In this document: positions 34,552 through 42,368 of the stretch, one piece after another | How the letters are laid out: each line of letters opens with the position of its first letter | How positions within the stretch are numbered: the first letter of the stretch is position 1 | Virus record (IMG/VR): IMGVR_UViG_3300035676_000016 | Coordinates: 1 to 44,906 of that record | Strand: one strand, 5' to 3' | DNA length: 44,906 nt | Origin: a virus | Taxonomy: Duplodnaviria > Caudoviricetes | Made by a program: the position numbers and the translations under genes | Notes under the pieces: generated by a model | The model's input: only the letters and a program-made list of their open reading frames with translations | Told to the model about the DNA's origin: nothing | Database searches by the model: none

Positions 34552-35997
34552 CTAGGAGGCAACTTCCGTTTCGTCCATGGAGTCTTCGCTATCCGGTTCT
34601 TCGACTGAGCTGGCTTCCTCGGTGAGTTCCAAGGCGGGTTTGCCGGCAGCTTCCTCTTCGTCTTCAATGTTGATGTTGTCGGGCAGGATTTCGCCGCGGC
34701 GCAGGATCTCCAGCAGCAGGGAGTCGCTGATCTTGCCGAGTTGGTTGAGTTGGGTCAGGACTGCGATGTCTTGGCCGATCAGGCGGTAGTAGTCGAAGTC
34801 GCGGTCGATGGTGATTTCGGGTGGTTCCAGGCCGACGTATTGGGCGGCGAAGGCGAAGGCTTGGTTGAGGGCAGATTCCAGCTCTTGGCTGATGATCGAG
34901 AGGACGCTGTTGGATTGGGCTTGGTCGATGCGTTTGGCCTCGGCGGACTCGGCGACGAACTTTTGGCCGAAGAGTTTGGTGACGCCCAACGTGGACATCT
35001 GTTGCTCCAGGGATTGGAGTTCGTTCATTTGGGCGTCGAAGCTGGTGGCGTCGGCTTGGACGTAGTACGCCTTGTTGCCCGGTTGCATGGCAATGGCGTA
35101 GTTGACCCCCATGGAGGCGCTACCGGTGGTGTCGTCCCAGCCCTCGAGGACAAGGGTGGGCATGGCGGCAATGTGGAGGGCGTGGATTAGGTCGGCTTGG
35201 CGCTGGTAGTGGGTGATGTTTAGGTTGGCAATGTCGAGGAGTGGGGGTTGGGATACCAGCAAACCGCGGCGGTTGCTATAGATAGGAACCAGTGGAATTT
35301 CGGGGAGGCTGTAGTCGCCGGTTTCGCTGAATTCGACGACTTCCTGGCCCAATGTGTAGAGGTCGTAGCGGCCCGGGTAGATCACCCGCATTTGCTCGAT
35401 CTGCTCTTCGCCGAATTCGTTGAGGGGGCGTACGTCGTAGTCGTGGATGCGGACCTGCAGGAGGCGGTTGGTGCCAGATTCTTTGCGCCAGCCCCAGATC
35501 TGGGGGGCGTCTACGTGGACGAAGTAGGGGCGGCGGCCCATGGCACGCTCTTCCGCCAAGTTCAAGGCTTCGGTGGCGGCGGGATAGTCCACCAAAATGG
35601 CGCTGTGGCCGTAGGTCAGGCTGCTAACCAGTGCGCGGCGGGCGTACTCGTTGATGCTGGAGCCAAGGCCGTCGATATTTTCGGCGAGTTCCAGCCAGTA
35701 GGGGTCGCCTTCGATGTGGATGGGTTTGCGCAGGATGGCGCCAGCAGCAGTTTCGACTAGGCGGCTGGTATAAGGGCTGAGGACGCTGCGGGCGACGCGG
35801 GTTTCGTAGGCGTTGTCATCCTCGCGGGGTTCCTGTGGCAGGTAGGTTTCGGACAGGTCGCGGATGTAGTTGGTGCCGCGGGTGACGGCGGCCATGACGC
35901 CCCAGTCGGGCATCATCGCGATTACGTCCAGGTTGCGGACGAAGGGGGATTCGCTGACTACGGCGCCAGTCGGGGGGATGTTGGCGCTGTAGACCAC
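34552..35997 (-). CDS. Portal protein (DUF4055-like)
   Basis: YLPQEPRE....Y..R; YGHS.ILVD; PPLLDIA.LN..HYQ..AD. Confidence 0.9.
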   Translation of the reverse strand: MVYSANIPPTGAVVSESPFVRNLDVIAMMPDWGVMAAVTRGTNYIRDLSETYLPQEPREDDNAYETRVARSVLSPYTSRLVETAAGAILRKPIHIEGDPYWLELAENIDGLGSSINEYARRALVSSLTYGHSAILVDYPAATEALNLAEERAMGRRPYFVHVDAPQIWGWRKESGTNRLLQVRIHDYDVRPLNEFGEEQIEQMRVIYPGRYDLYTLGQEVVEFSETGDYSLPEIPLVPIYSNRRGLLVSQPPLLDIANLNITHYQRQADLIHALHIAAMPTLVLEGWDDTTGSASMGVNYAIAMQPGNKAYYVQADATSFDAQMNELQSLEQQMSTLGVTKLFGQKFVAESAEAKRIDQAQSNSVLSIISQELESALNQAFAFAAQYVGLEPPEITIDRDFDYYRLIGQDIAVLTQLNQLGKISDSLLLEILRRGEILPDNINIEDEEEAAGKPALELTEEASSVEEPDSEDSMDETEVAS

Positions 35998-36029
35998 GGT
36001 TTGACTCCTACTTTGTACTTATTTTGGCA

Positions 36030-36227
36030 TCAATCATCGTCCTCTTCCTCGTCGTCGGGGTCGGCGATGGGCACCAGCACTTCGATGCCTTGGGCGAGCA
36101 TTGTGATAAAGCCGCCTAATGTTTCGGGCAGGGATGGGGTTTTGAAGGCGAAGGTGGCGTGGGTGAGGCCGTCCTCAGCATCGATGTCGATGTGGACGCA
36201 GCCGCCAGTTACGGTTTGAATTGTCAT
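36030..36227 (-). CDS. Small acidic hypothetical protein
   Basis: Coupled to the upstream stop; acidic C-terminus. Confidence 0.6.
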   Translation of the reverse strand: MTIQTVTGGCVHIDIDAEDGLTHATFAFKTPSLPETLGGFITMLAQGIEVLVPIADPDDEEEDDD

Positions 36228-37489
36228 TAGCGGCTAATTTCCTCCCAGTCCATGGATGCGTGGACACTACACGTTGACGTACTGCCTGTCAGTACAAGAC
36301 TCAGTTCATAAGGAGTGGCGGTCAAGCCGTCGCGCTCCAGCTGGAATTTGAAGAGGGCTTCTTTGAGAATGTCGATGCTGGGGGAGCTTTGGGTGGAGGC
36401 ACTGAAATATCCTTGGGCAAGGATGCGGCCGCCGGTGGTAGCTGTGCCAGTGAGGTTGTATTCGACGGAGGAGTTGGTGCCAGCGCTTACCCAGGTGCCG
36501 CCGGTTGTGGTGGGGCTGGCGACGACGCGCCAGTTGTAGTTGGTGTTGGTGGTGACGCCAAGGATGGAGATGGCGGTGAGGATGACGATGGCGTCGAGGG
36601 CGGTGCTCTTTAGGCGGAGGGAGATGACGGGGTAGTAGGTGCCAATGGTTGCGAGGCTTGCAGGGGTGTTAATCGGGGTGCCGATGGCTTGTTGGAGGCC
36701 GCGGAGTTCGTAGCCGCCTTCGGAAAGGACGGTGGAACAGACTTGTTTGAGGGTGCTGGCGCTGGCGGTGGCGGCGGTGTTGGTGATTTCGTAGCGGAGG
36801 GGAAGGGAGGCGGTGGTGATGTAGGTGGAGGTGATGATGTTGGCGTGGTGGAAAGAATGGCAGTGGACAAATTTGCCGTTAATGATGAAGCCCATGCGGA
36901 CGGTGCCAAGTCCCAGCCACTCGATGTCCATCCAGAGGATTTGGGATTTGGTGGGGTCGAGGGTGAGGTTGGAGGGGCCGGTGCCGTTGAGAGGGTCGAT
37001 GTTCCAGTCGGATTGGGCGACGCGGGTTTCCAGTAGGGAGCCGGTGGAGGAGCTGCGTTCGACGAAGGAAAGGGTGGTGTTGTTCAGCTCTAGGTACATG
37101 CCGTTGTCGGCGCCGTAGTAGCCGATGCGCTGGCGGAGGTTGGTTTTGGCGGGATTAAGCGTGAAGGTGGACATCACCAGCAGGGATTTGCCTGGCTGGT
37201 AGGAGAAACATTTGGTGGTTTCGCGGATAACCGAGGAACCGGAAGAGGTGGTTACGGCGAGGTTGACGAGGCCGGCGCTGGCGTCAAAAGTGGAGGTGCC
37301 GCCGGTTGCGGTCGAGGTGCTCCAGAGGCCGTTGTCGTGGTAACGGTGGCTGGAGTCGAAAAGAGTGAGGGGGCTAGATGTGCGGACGCGGCCGAATGCG
37401 TCGTATACCCCAGCAGCAGAGGAGGTGCCGCCTGCAGTGGTGCCGAAGGGGTAGGCGCCGGTGATGGAGGTGGATTGGATTAGCTGCAC
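36227..37489 (-). CDS. Thr/Ser-rich beta-sandwich protein, putative virion component
   Basis: DAFGRVRTS.P.TLFD, YQPGKS, EWLGLG.VR.GF, TASLPLRYEI. Confidence 0.75.
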   Translation of the reverse strand: MQLIQSTSITGAYPFGTTAGGTSSAAGVYDAFGRVRTSSPLTLFDSSHRYHDNGLWSTSTATGGTSTFDASAGLVNLAVTTSSGSSVIRETTKCFSYQPGKSLLVMSTFTLNPAKTNLRQRIGYYGADNGMYLELNNTTLSFVERSSSTGSLLETRVAQSDWNIDPLNGTGPSNLTLDPTKSQILWMDIEWLGLGTVRMGFIINGKFVHCHSFHHANIITSTYITTASLPLRYEITNTAATASASTLKQVCSTVLSEGGYELRGLQQAIGTPINTPASLATIGTYYPVISLRLKSTALDAIVILTAISILGVTTNTNYNWRVVASPTTTGGTWVSAGTNSSVEYNLTGTATTGGRILAQGYFSASTQSSPSIDILKEALFKFQLERDGLTATPYELSLVLTGSTSTCSVHASMDWEEISR

Positions 37490-37516
37490 GAGGGGCCTCG
37501 GAGCGGGTAAAGGGGG

Positions 37517-37672
37517 TTATTTTTTGGGTTTTTTGGCGGTTTTGGCCGCGGCTTTGAAGGCTGCGGCGGTGGGGGCGCCTTTGGTGCCAGGCTTGCGCAT
37601 GGTTTCGCCGCTGCCGGCAGCGATGCGCTTGCGTTTGGCGGCGATATTGCTATAAAGACCGCGCTTAGCCAT
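37517..37672 (-). CDS. Small basic protein (51 aa)
   Basis: MAKRGLYSNIAAKRKRIAAGSGETMRKPGTKGAPTAAAFKAAAKTAKKPKK. Confidence 0.75.
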   Translation of the reverse strand: MAKRGLYSNIAAKRKRIAAGSGETMRKPGTKGAPTAAAFKAAAKTAKKPKK

Positions 37673-37851
37673 CACTTCTTACCTTTTTTCTTGGGTTTGG
37701 CCATGCCAGCCTCGCTCATGGCGATGGCGATTGCCTGTTTGCGGGACTTGACTACAGGGCCTTTTTTGCTACCCGAGTGCAGTTCGCCCTTGCCGTACTC
37801 GCGCATAACTTTGCTGACCTTCTTTTGGGCCTTGGTTTGTTTTTTGGCCAT
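37672..37851 (-). CDS. Small basic protein (DUF6496-like)
   Basis: KVSKVMREY.KGELHSG...VKSRKQAIAIAMSEAG. Confidence 0.8.
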   Translation of the reverse strand: MAKKQTKAQKKVSKVMREYGKGELHSGSKKGPVVKSRKQAIAIAMSEAGMAKPKKKGKK

Positions 37852-37865
37852 GGTCTTAGCGGTAG

Positions 37866-39116
37866 TTACCACACACGATAGTTGGTTGGGGCCATGGATT
37901 CTGGTTTGGCAAGGTTGAAGGTCTGGAGGCAGAGGTATCCCAGCGCGTCGAAGGCGTGGTCGACGCCGAGATTTTTGTTGGGGAGGCCTGTTCCAGGGGC
38001 GTAGGTCAGCGTGCGGAGGGATTTGATTAGTTCCTTGCAGCGGGGGTGGATGAAGAGGCGGCGGGTTCCAGAGGCATCGAGTAATGCGGTGTTGACGCAG
38101 GTGATTTTGTCGCGGATTTTCCAGGGGGAGCGGGGGCTGGAGACCGTGAAGCCGGATTTGCGCAAAATGTTGTGGTCGGTGGCGCCAACACCGGCGGTTT
38201 TGCGGGCACCGCCAGTGGGGTCGGGGCAGGCAATAATGCGGCGCTCCACGCCGTAGCGGGATTGGACTTCTTCGCAGAAATCCCAGGTGGTGGCGCCGCC
38301 GGTCATGATGATTTCGTCGAAAACCCAGAGGACATCGCCTTTTTTGACTGCGCAGATGCCGGACATTGGGTCGATGTTGAAGTCCACCCCCAACAGAAGG
38401 GGTAAAACGGGCAGGTCTTGGACCACCTTGTCGATGTTGTCGTCCGAGAAGCTGATGGCGACGAGGCCGCTGAGGTTTTCGAAGCTGGCCTCAAATTCTT
38501 GGCGGAAGGTGCGGGGGTCGAGTTGGCTGCGGGCGGCTTCGATTTCCTCCGGTGGGACGTTATCGCCGTCGATAGTGGTGAATTGCCAGCGGCTCCAGTT
38601 GGAGTCGCCTTCGTCGGCGTAGCACCAGAGGTCGTAGAACCAGCTGGCGGTGCCGTCGGGGGTAGAGATGAAGAGGGCCCAGCCTTGTTTGTCGGCCAAG
38701 GCGGGGCGGATCACCTCGAACCAGACTTCGGGGTCCATGAAGGCGGCTTCGTCCAGCACCACGCCCGAAAGGCTGCGGCCGCGGAGGGCCATTGCGTTTT
38801 CGGTGCCCTTTAATTCAATGGTGGAGCCGTTGACGAGTTCCAGCTTGAGGTCGGTTTCGTTTTTTGACTTGATCCAGGCGCGCGGGACGAGTTTTTTGAG
38901 GGCTTTCCAGGCGATGTCCTTCGCCATTCGGTACGTTGGGGCGCAATAAAAGAAGGTTTCGCCCGGTTTTTCGATTGCTCCACGCAGAAGTTCGATACAG
39001 GAGAGATAGCTTTTGCCGAAACGGCGGCCTGCGACCAATACACGGAAGCGTTTTCGGCTGGTAAACACCTCACCTTGGGCGTGGCGAAGGGTAAGGGCTC
39101 CAGCAGAATCGGCCAT
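37866..39116 (-). CDS. terL: Terminase large subunit
   Basis: VAGRRFGKS Walker A; LRG..L.GVVLDEAA Walker B; FISTP; GVDFN; DHAFDALGY nuclease. Confidence 0.96.
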   Translation of the reverse strand: MADSAGALTLRHAQGEVFTSRKRFRVLVAGRRFGKSYLSCIELLRGAIEKPGETFFYCAPTYRMAKDIAWKALKKLVPRAWIKSKNETDLKLELVNGSTIELKGTENAMALRGRSLSGVVLDEAAFMDPEVWFEVIRPALADKQGWALFISTPDGTASWFYDLWCYADEGDSNWSRWQFTTIDGDNVPPEEIEAARSQLDPRTFRQEFEASFENLSGLVAISFSDDNIDKVVQDLPVLPLLLGVDFNIDPMSGICAVKKGDVLWVFDEIIMTGGATTWDFCEEVQSRYGVERRIIACPDPTGGARKTAGVGATDHNILRKSGFTVSSPRSPWKIRDKITCVNTALLDASGTRRLFIHPRCKELIKSLRTLTYAPGTGLPNKNLGVDHAFDALGYLCLQTFNLAKPESMAPTNYRVW

Positions 39117-39267
39117 TTTGTAGTAGGGGGGTACCTTCTAGGGTATTACAGGAATCGAACCCCTGCCCCCTTGTGTGACAGTAGAAGAAAATGAGGATGT
39201 GTCAGTAGGTTCCCTAGGTGTTGCACCGCCCCCACAATCGCTGAACTCTACCCCTGGTTCACTTGTA

Positions 39268-39450
39268 CTAGCCCGCCAACAGTCGGCGAACAGTAGAGCG
39301 CGAGCAGCCGAGGCGGTCGGCGATGGCCTGCTGTGTCATGCCGGCCTTACGCCATCGCCTAGCACGCTGCTGGCGGGACTCGCTAGCCCATAGCAGGATC
39401 AGCACGGGCAGGAGAATCAGAACTAGGAGAAATGCTGCGGTTGATGTCAT
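39268..39450 (-). CDS. Membrane-anchored helix-turn-helix protein (60 aa)
   Basis: AAFLLVLILLPVLILLW TM segment, then GMTQQAIADRLGCSRSTVRRLL. Confidence 0.8.
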   Translation of the reverse strand: MTSTAAFLLVLILLPVLILLWASESRQQRARRWRKAGMTQQAIADRLGCSRSTVRRLLAG

Positions 39451-39475
39451 CGCGTGGTGTGCGTTGGTGACTCTG

Positions 39476-39538
39476 GTATTGTAGCACAGTGGGGGCCCGT
39501 GGTGGGCCCGTACTGTCACACTCTGTAACGTAGTGCAG
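39476..39538 (-). promoter_or_regulatory. Repeated 63-bp promoter unit, copy 1 (HLR1-like repeat plus extended -10 TGCTACAAT)
   Basis: CTGCACTAC-GTTACA-GAGT-GTGACA-N25-TGTGCTACAATAC. Confidence 0.75.
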
Positions 39539-39543
39539 AGGTA

Positions 39544-39690
39544 CTAGCGCCCCAGCACAACGAGACGGCACTGTTCGGCACTGGTGCCAGAGGCCTCGCA
39601 ACGGGCCAGCACTCGCTGATTGTCGATGCCCATGGCCACCAGGGCAGCAACAGTGAGAAGAGCGGCGATGGTCAGGATACGGTCAGGCAT
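39544..39690 (-). CDS. Small membrane/secreted protein (48 aa)
   Basis: MPDRILTIAALLTVAALVAMG followed by two Cys; AAGGGA RBS. Confidence 0.7.
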   Translation of the reverse strand: MPDRILTIAALLTVAALVAMGIDNQRVLARCEASGTSAEQCRLVVLGR

Positions 39691-39714
39691 GGGGTGGTTT
39701 CCCTTGGTGCTCCC

Positions 39715-39777
39715 GTATTGTAGCACAGCACAGCCGCGCATGTGGGCCGTGCTGTAACACACTGTAACGTAGTGCAG
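39715..39777 (-). promoter_or_regulatory. Repeated 63-bp promoter unit, copy 2
   Basis: CTGCACTAC-GTTACA-GTGT-GTTACA-N25-TGTGCTACAATAC. Confidence 0.75.
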
Positions 39778-39782
39778 GCGTA

Positions 39783-40244
39783 TTAGCCCGCTTGCCGCTT
39801 GTCTTCAACCGTGATTTGCAGCATGGGAGCCGCGGCTGCCTGCTGTTCGATTCCAGACTCATTAACGACCTTACCCAAACTATCCAAAACCTGCGCGGCA
39901 GTTTGTAACTGCCCCTTGCGGATGGCAGCGTTAAACAGTTTGGCACGCATTGTTTGCAGTCTCGCGAGCATGTTCTCACGATCCCTGCTCCAATCTTCCG
40001 CGTTCCACTTGTTGACAGCTTCCCAATCCCTCCAGGCCGTAGCTACAGAGACACTCTCACGATCGGCATGATCTAGAACCAGCTGCCGAGCGCTAAGACC
40101 TTCCAGCTGCCTCCTGTACAGTCTCTGCTGCCTCTGTTCGATCAACGCGTAAGGGTTGCGCTTGCCGTAAGGATTAGGCACAAGTTCTTTATTCTCCGGC
40201 ACAACATCCGGAGACTCGTTGATATCGTCCGAATGTTCGGCCAT
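39783..40244 (-). CDS. Putative terminase small subunit (HTH plus helical)
   Basis: HTH-like GLSARQLV...VSVATAWRDW, helical core, C-terminal beta strand LQITVE; upstream of terL. Confidence 0.6.
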   Translation of the reverse strand: MAEHSDDINESPDVVPENKELVPNPYGKRNPYALIEQRQQRLYRRQLEGLSARQLVLDHADRESVSVATAWRDWEAVNKWNAEDWSRDRENMLARLQTMRAKLFNAAIRKGQLQTAAQVLDSLGKVVNESGIEQQAAAAPMLQITVEDKRQAG

Positions 40245-40285
40245 TGTCAGAAACCCAAGCTGTTTGGTTCAATGTTAAGCCACAG

Positions 40286-40312
40286 AAAAGGCCCGGCACC
40301 AGGCCGGGCCTT
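40286..40312 (-). terminator. Intrinsic terminator
   Basis: AAGGCCCGGC-CTGGT-GCCGGGCCTTTT. Confidence 0.75.
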
Positions 40313-40329
40313 AATTCAGTGGTAAGGGC

Positions 40330-40809
40330 TCAACCCTCCCCGTAGTAGAACTGACCAGCGAACCACAACAGGGCATCGATGTTGGACTCCGGGTGGTCCG
40401 TCCAGCTGACGCCCCAGTCAGAAAACTGCAGGGCTGGCCGGTAGGGCTCGCAGTATGAATCCAGTTCCCCCAGAATCCTTACGGCAGGGCCTCCAGTGCT
40501 TAGCAACAGCTCGAATTGGGAATAGGTGGACTCGCCGCCCGGAACGTGCCAGTCGGACCGCACCAGCAGAGACAGGGGAATTTCCGTCACATGATCCCTA
40601 ATCTGCTCTGCCAGTAGGACGCGATCCCCCCTGACATCCCAACCCTCTTTATCCGCCATCTCACGAGCGGCAGGGCTGAGATCCTCTAGGTCGCCAGCAT
40701 AGGATCGCTCGGCAAAGGTCCCTAGCTCCCATAGCGTGTTGATACGTTCCAGGCAGGCACGGCCTGCGAAGAAGGCGTGGTCTTGAGTGGTGCGAGTTGT
40801 GGGCGTCAT
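40330..40809 (-). CDS. Hypothetical (putative early) protein
   Basis: GAGG RBS; TGCTAATGT extended -10 at 40839-40847; PLS..VRSDW..FELLLSTGGPAVRI.G.L. Confidence 0.8.
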   Translation of the reverse strand: MTPTTRTTQDHAFFAGRACLERINTLWELGTFAERSYAGDLEDLSPAAREMADKEGWDVRGDRVLLAEQIRDHVTEIPLSLLVRSDWHVPGGESTYSQFELLLSTGGPAVRILGELDSYCEPYRPALQFSDWGVSWTDHPESNIDALLWFAGQFYYGEG

Positions 40810-40851
40810 GGTTGCCTCGGTTTGGCGTGTACTGTGAAACATTAGCACGGA

Positions 40852-41235
40852 TTAGCGACGCCAGCCCAGAAGCCGGCAGACCCGGATCCAGCTGGAATCG
40901 GTGATCCAATCAGGACGGTGTACGGAAGCGGTGACCCCCAGGGCATCCTCTCCGGCCAAATCACGCCAGAAAGGCGAGAGCCAGAAGTCAGACTGAGGAT
41001 CCAAGCTCAACCACCTAGGGACCGTGGCGCCATCACCCTCGGCATAGCATCCCGCCAGCTTGTCCAGCAGATCCCGCAAGTCCCAGCAGGATTCCGCGTA
41101 GTCGTCGCAAGGGCAGCCATTCCAGCTGAGCCAGCCAGTCTCGGCATAGTCTCCCTGCTCTGCAGACTCTGCGGTGATGGTTTCGTAGGTCACCCGGAAT
41201 GAGCCGTAAGGCTCTGTGGTTCTGAGGATTGTCAC
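40852..41235 (-). CDS. Hypothetical (putative early) protein
   Basis: GTG start after AAGGGG; VTYETITAESAEQGDYAETGW. Confidence 0.72.
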   Translation of the reverse strand: MTILRTTEPYGSFRVTYETITAESAEQGDYAETGWLSWNGCPCDDYAESCWDLRDLLDKLAGCYAEGDGATVPRWLSLDPQSDFWLSPFWRDLAGEDALGVTASVHRPDWITDSSWIRVCRLLGWRR

Positions 41236-41377
41236 GGGATGGTGCCCCTTGGTTGACTGCGCCATCATCGCCCCAGCCCCAGCCGCTTCGCTGCCGTTGT
41301 TGTAACACTTTACAGACCGGTTCAGCCGCTTGCCTGTGGTGGTACTGTTACAGGGTATCCCCAACCCTTAGGGAACC

Positions 41378-41806
41378 ATGAGTGGCGGAGAATGGACCAC
41401 GAGAGGCCAGCAGAGAGAAGCCCGAGAGGCCGAACGGGAGCACTTGCGGCTGATGAAACGGCACCACCGAGACTTGCGGTGGGCTGTGGAGCGTTCCAGG
41501 CTTGAGGCCTCGGACTGGGCGGACCTTCTAGCGCTCCAAGCCGAGCTAGGTAAAGAGGGCCCCCTGCAGTTGTGGCGGGAGCTGATCCCCTACTGGCGCC
41601 AGTGCCAAGCCCTTAATGGTGGCGCTGATTTGCCGGCTGAACTTTTTCCACAGGCTACGGGACTTTTTTCGCGCGATACTTCAACCGCCCCAGCTGCCCC
41701 AGCCACCCGAGCAAAGGCAGGCAAAGGATCCCCCCGTAAGGTGCGGTCCGATGCAGGGGTGGCCAAACCCTCCCGCAAGGGTTCCAGCGCTAGGGAGGTG
41801 GCATGA
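41378..41806 (+). CDS. Hypothetical protein with basic C-terminus
   Basis: AGGGA RBS; RKVRSDAG motif; divergent from 41235. Confidence 0.72.
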   Translation: MSGGEWTTRGQQREAREAEREHLRLMKRHHRDLRWAVERSRLEASDWADLLALQAELGKEGPLQLWRELIPYWRQCQALNGGADLPAELFPQATGLFSRDTSTAPAAPATRAKAGKGSPRKVRSDAGVAKPSRKGSSAREVA

Positions 41807-42114
41807 AACGTCTTGCCTTTCTGTGGTTGATAGTTGGACTCCAGGCACACGCGCGGCAGGTAACTGCCACGGTGTATGACGGCTGGTACCACGGCCGGCA
41901 AACCGCTTGTGGGCAGACATACCAACACTGGGGGGTAAGCGCGGCTCACCCTTGGTTGCCTTGCGGCACGCGTTTGAGGATTCAGCACCAAGGCCGGACC
42001 CTTACCGTTCCAGTCACAGATCGGTGTGACTGCGCTTCGGTGGATCTATCCGCAGGGGCTGCCCATAGGTTGGGTGTGCCACTAGATGGCGTGGCAACCG
42101 TCACGATCCGCTGA
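41803..42114 (+). CDS. RlpA-like double-psi beta-barrel (lytic transglycosylase-like) protein with signal peptide
   Basis: ATVY..WYHGRQTACG..Y....SAAHP.LPCGT.L...V.VTDR...VDLS..AA..LG. Confidence 0.85.
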   Translation: MKRLAFLWLIVGLQAHARQVTATVYDGWYHGRQTACGQTYQHWGVSAAHPWLPCGTRLRIQHQGRTLTVPVTDRCDCASVDLSAGAAHRLGVPLDGVATVTIR

Positions 42115-42122
42115 GCACCAAC

Positions 42123-42152
42123 AGCACAAGGCCTCCGGGTCTGGTGCTTTTT
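42123..42152 (+). terminator. Intrinsic terminator
   Basis: AGCACAAGGCC-TCCG-GGTCTGGTGCT followed by TTTT. Confidence 0.6.
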
Positions 42153-42165
42153 AGTGCCTGCGGTT

Positions 42166-42184
42166 GATAACGATTCTCAGTATC
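42166..42184. promoter_or_regulatory. Fur-box-like site
   Basis: GATAACGATTCTCAGTATC matches GATAATGATAATCATTATC at 15/19 positions. Confidence 0.5.
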
Positions 42185-42324
42185 AGTAAGACTCACGAGA
42201 CTTGCCGCGAGACCATGGCCACAGCCCCAGTCGTACCAGGCAGTCTGGCCTGTCAGGTGCGACAAAACCTATACATTCGCGTGCCTATGGGCAGGTATTG
42301 GCACTTTTAAAGGGCGAGCCAATA

Positions 42325-42368
42325 CATGAATGGCGTACCAGTCATGAATGGGGTTCAGTCATGAATGG
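42325..42368. repeat. Three direct repeats of CATGAATGG (spacing 18 and 17 nt)
   Basis: Copies at 42325, 42343 and 42360. Confidence 0.8.

Noticed and set aside
15200-38950. Long + strand ORFs opposite structural genes (e.g. 32706-33827, 18392-19258, 18900-19721)
   Set aside because: Antisense shadows of GC-rich codon usage; no RBS or recognisable domains
39148-39172. tRNA T-loop-like GGTTCGATTCC on the - strand
   Set aside because: T-stem pairs poorly and no acceptor, D or anticodon arms can be built
39476-39777. Repeats as a mini CRISPR array
   Set aside because: Only two copies, separated by a gene, with promoter features; no cas genes
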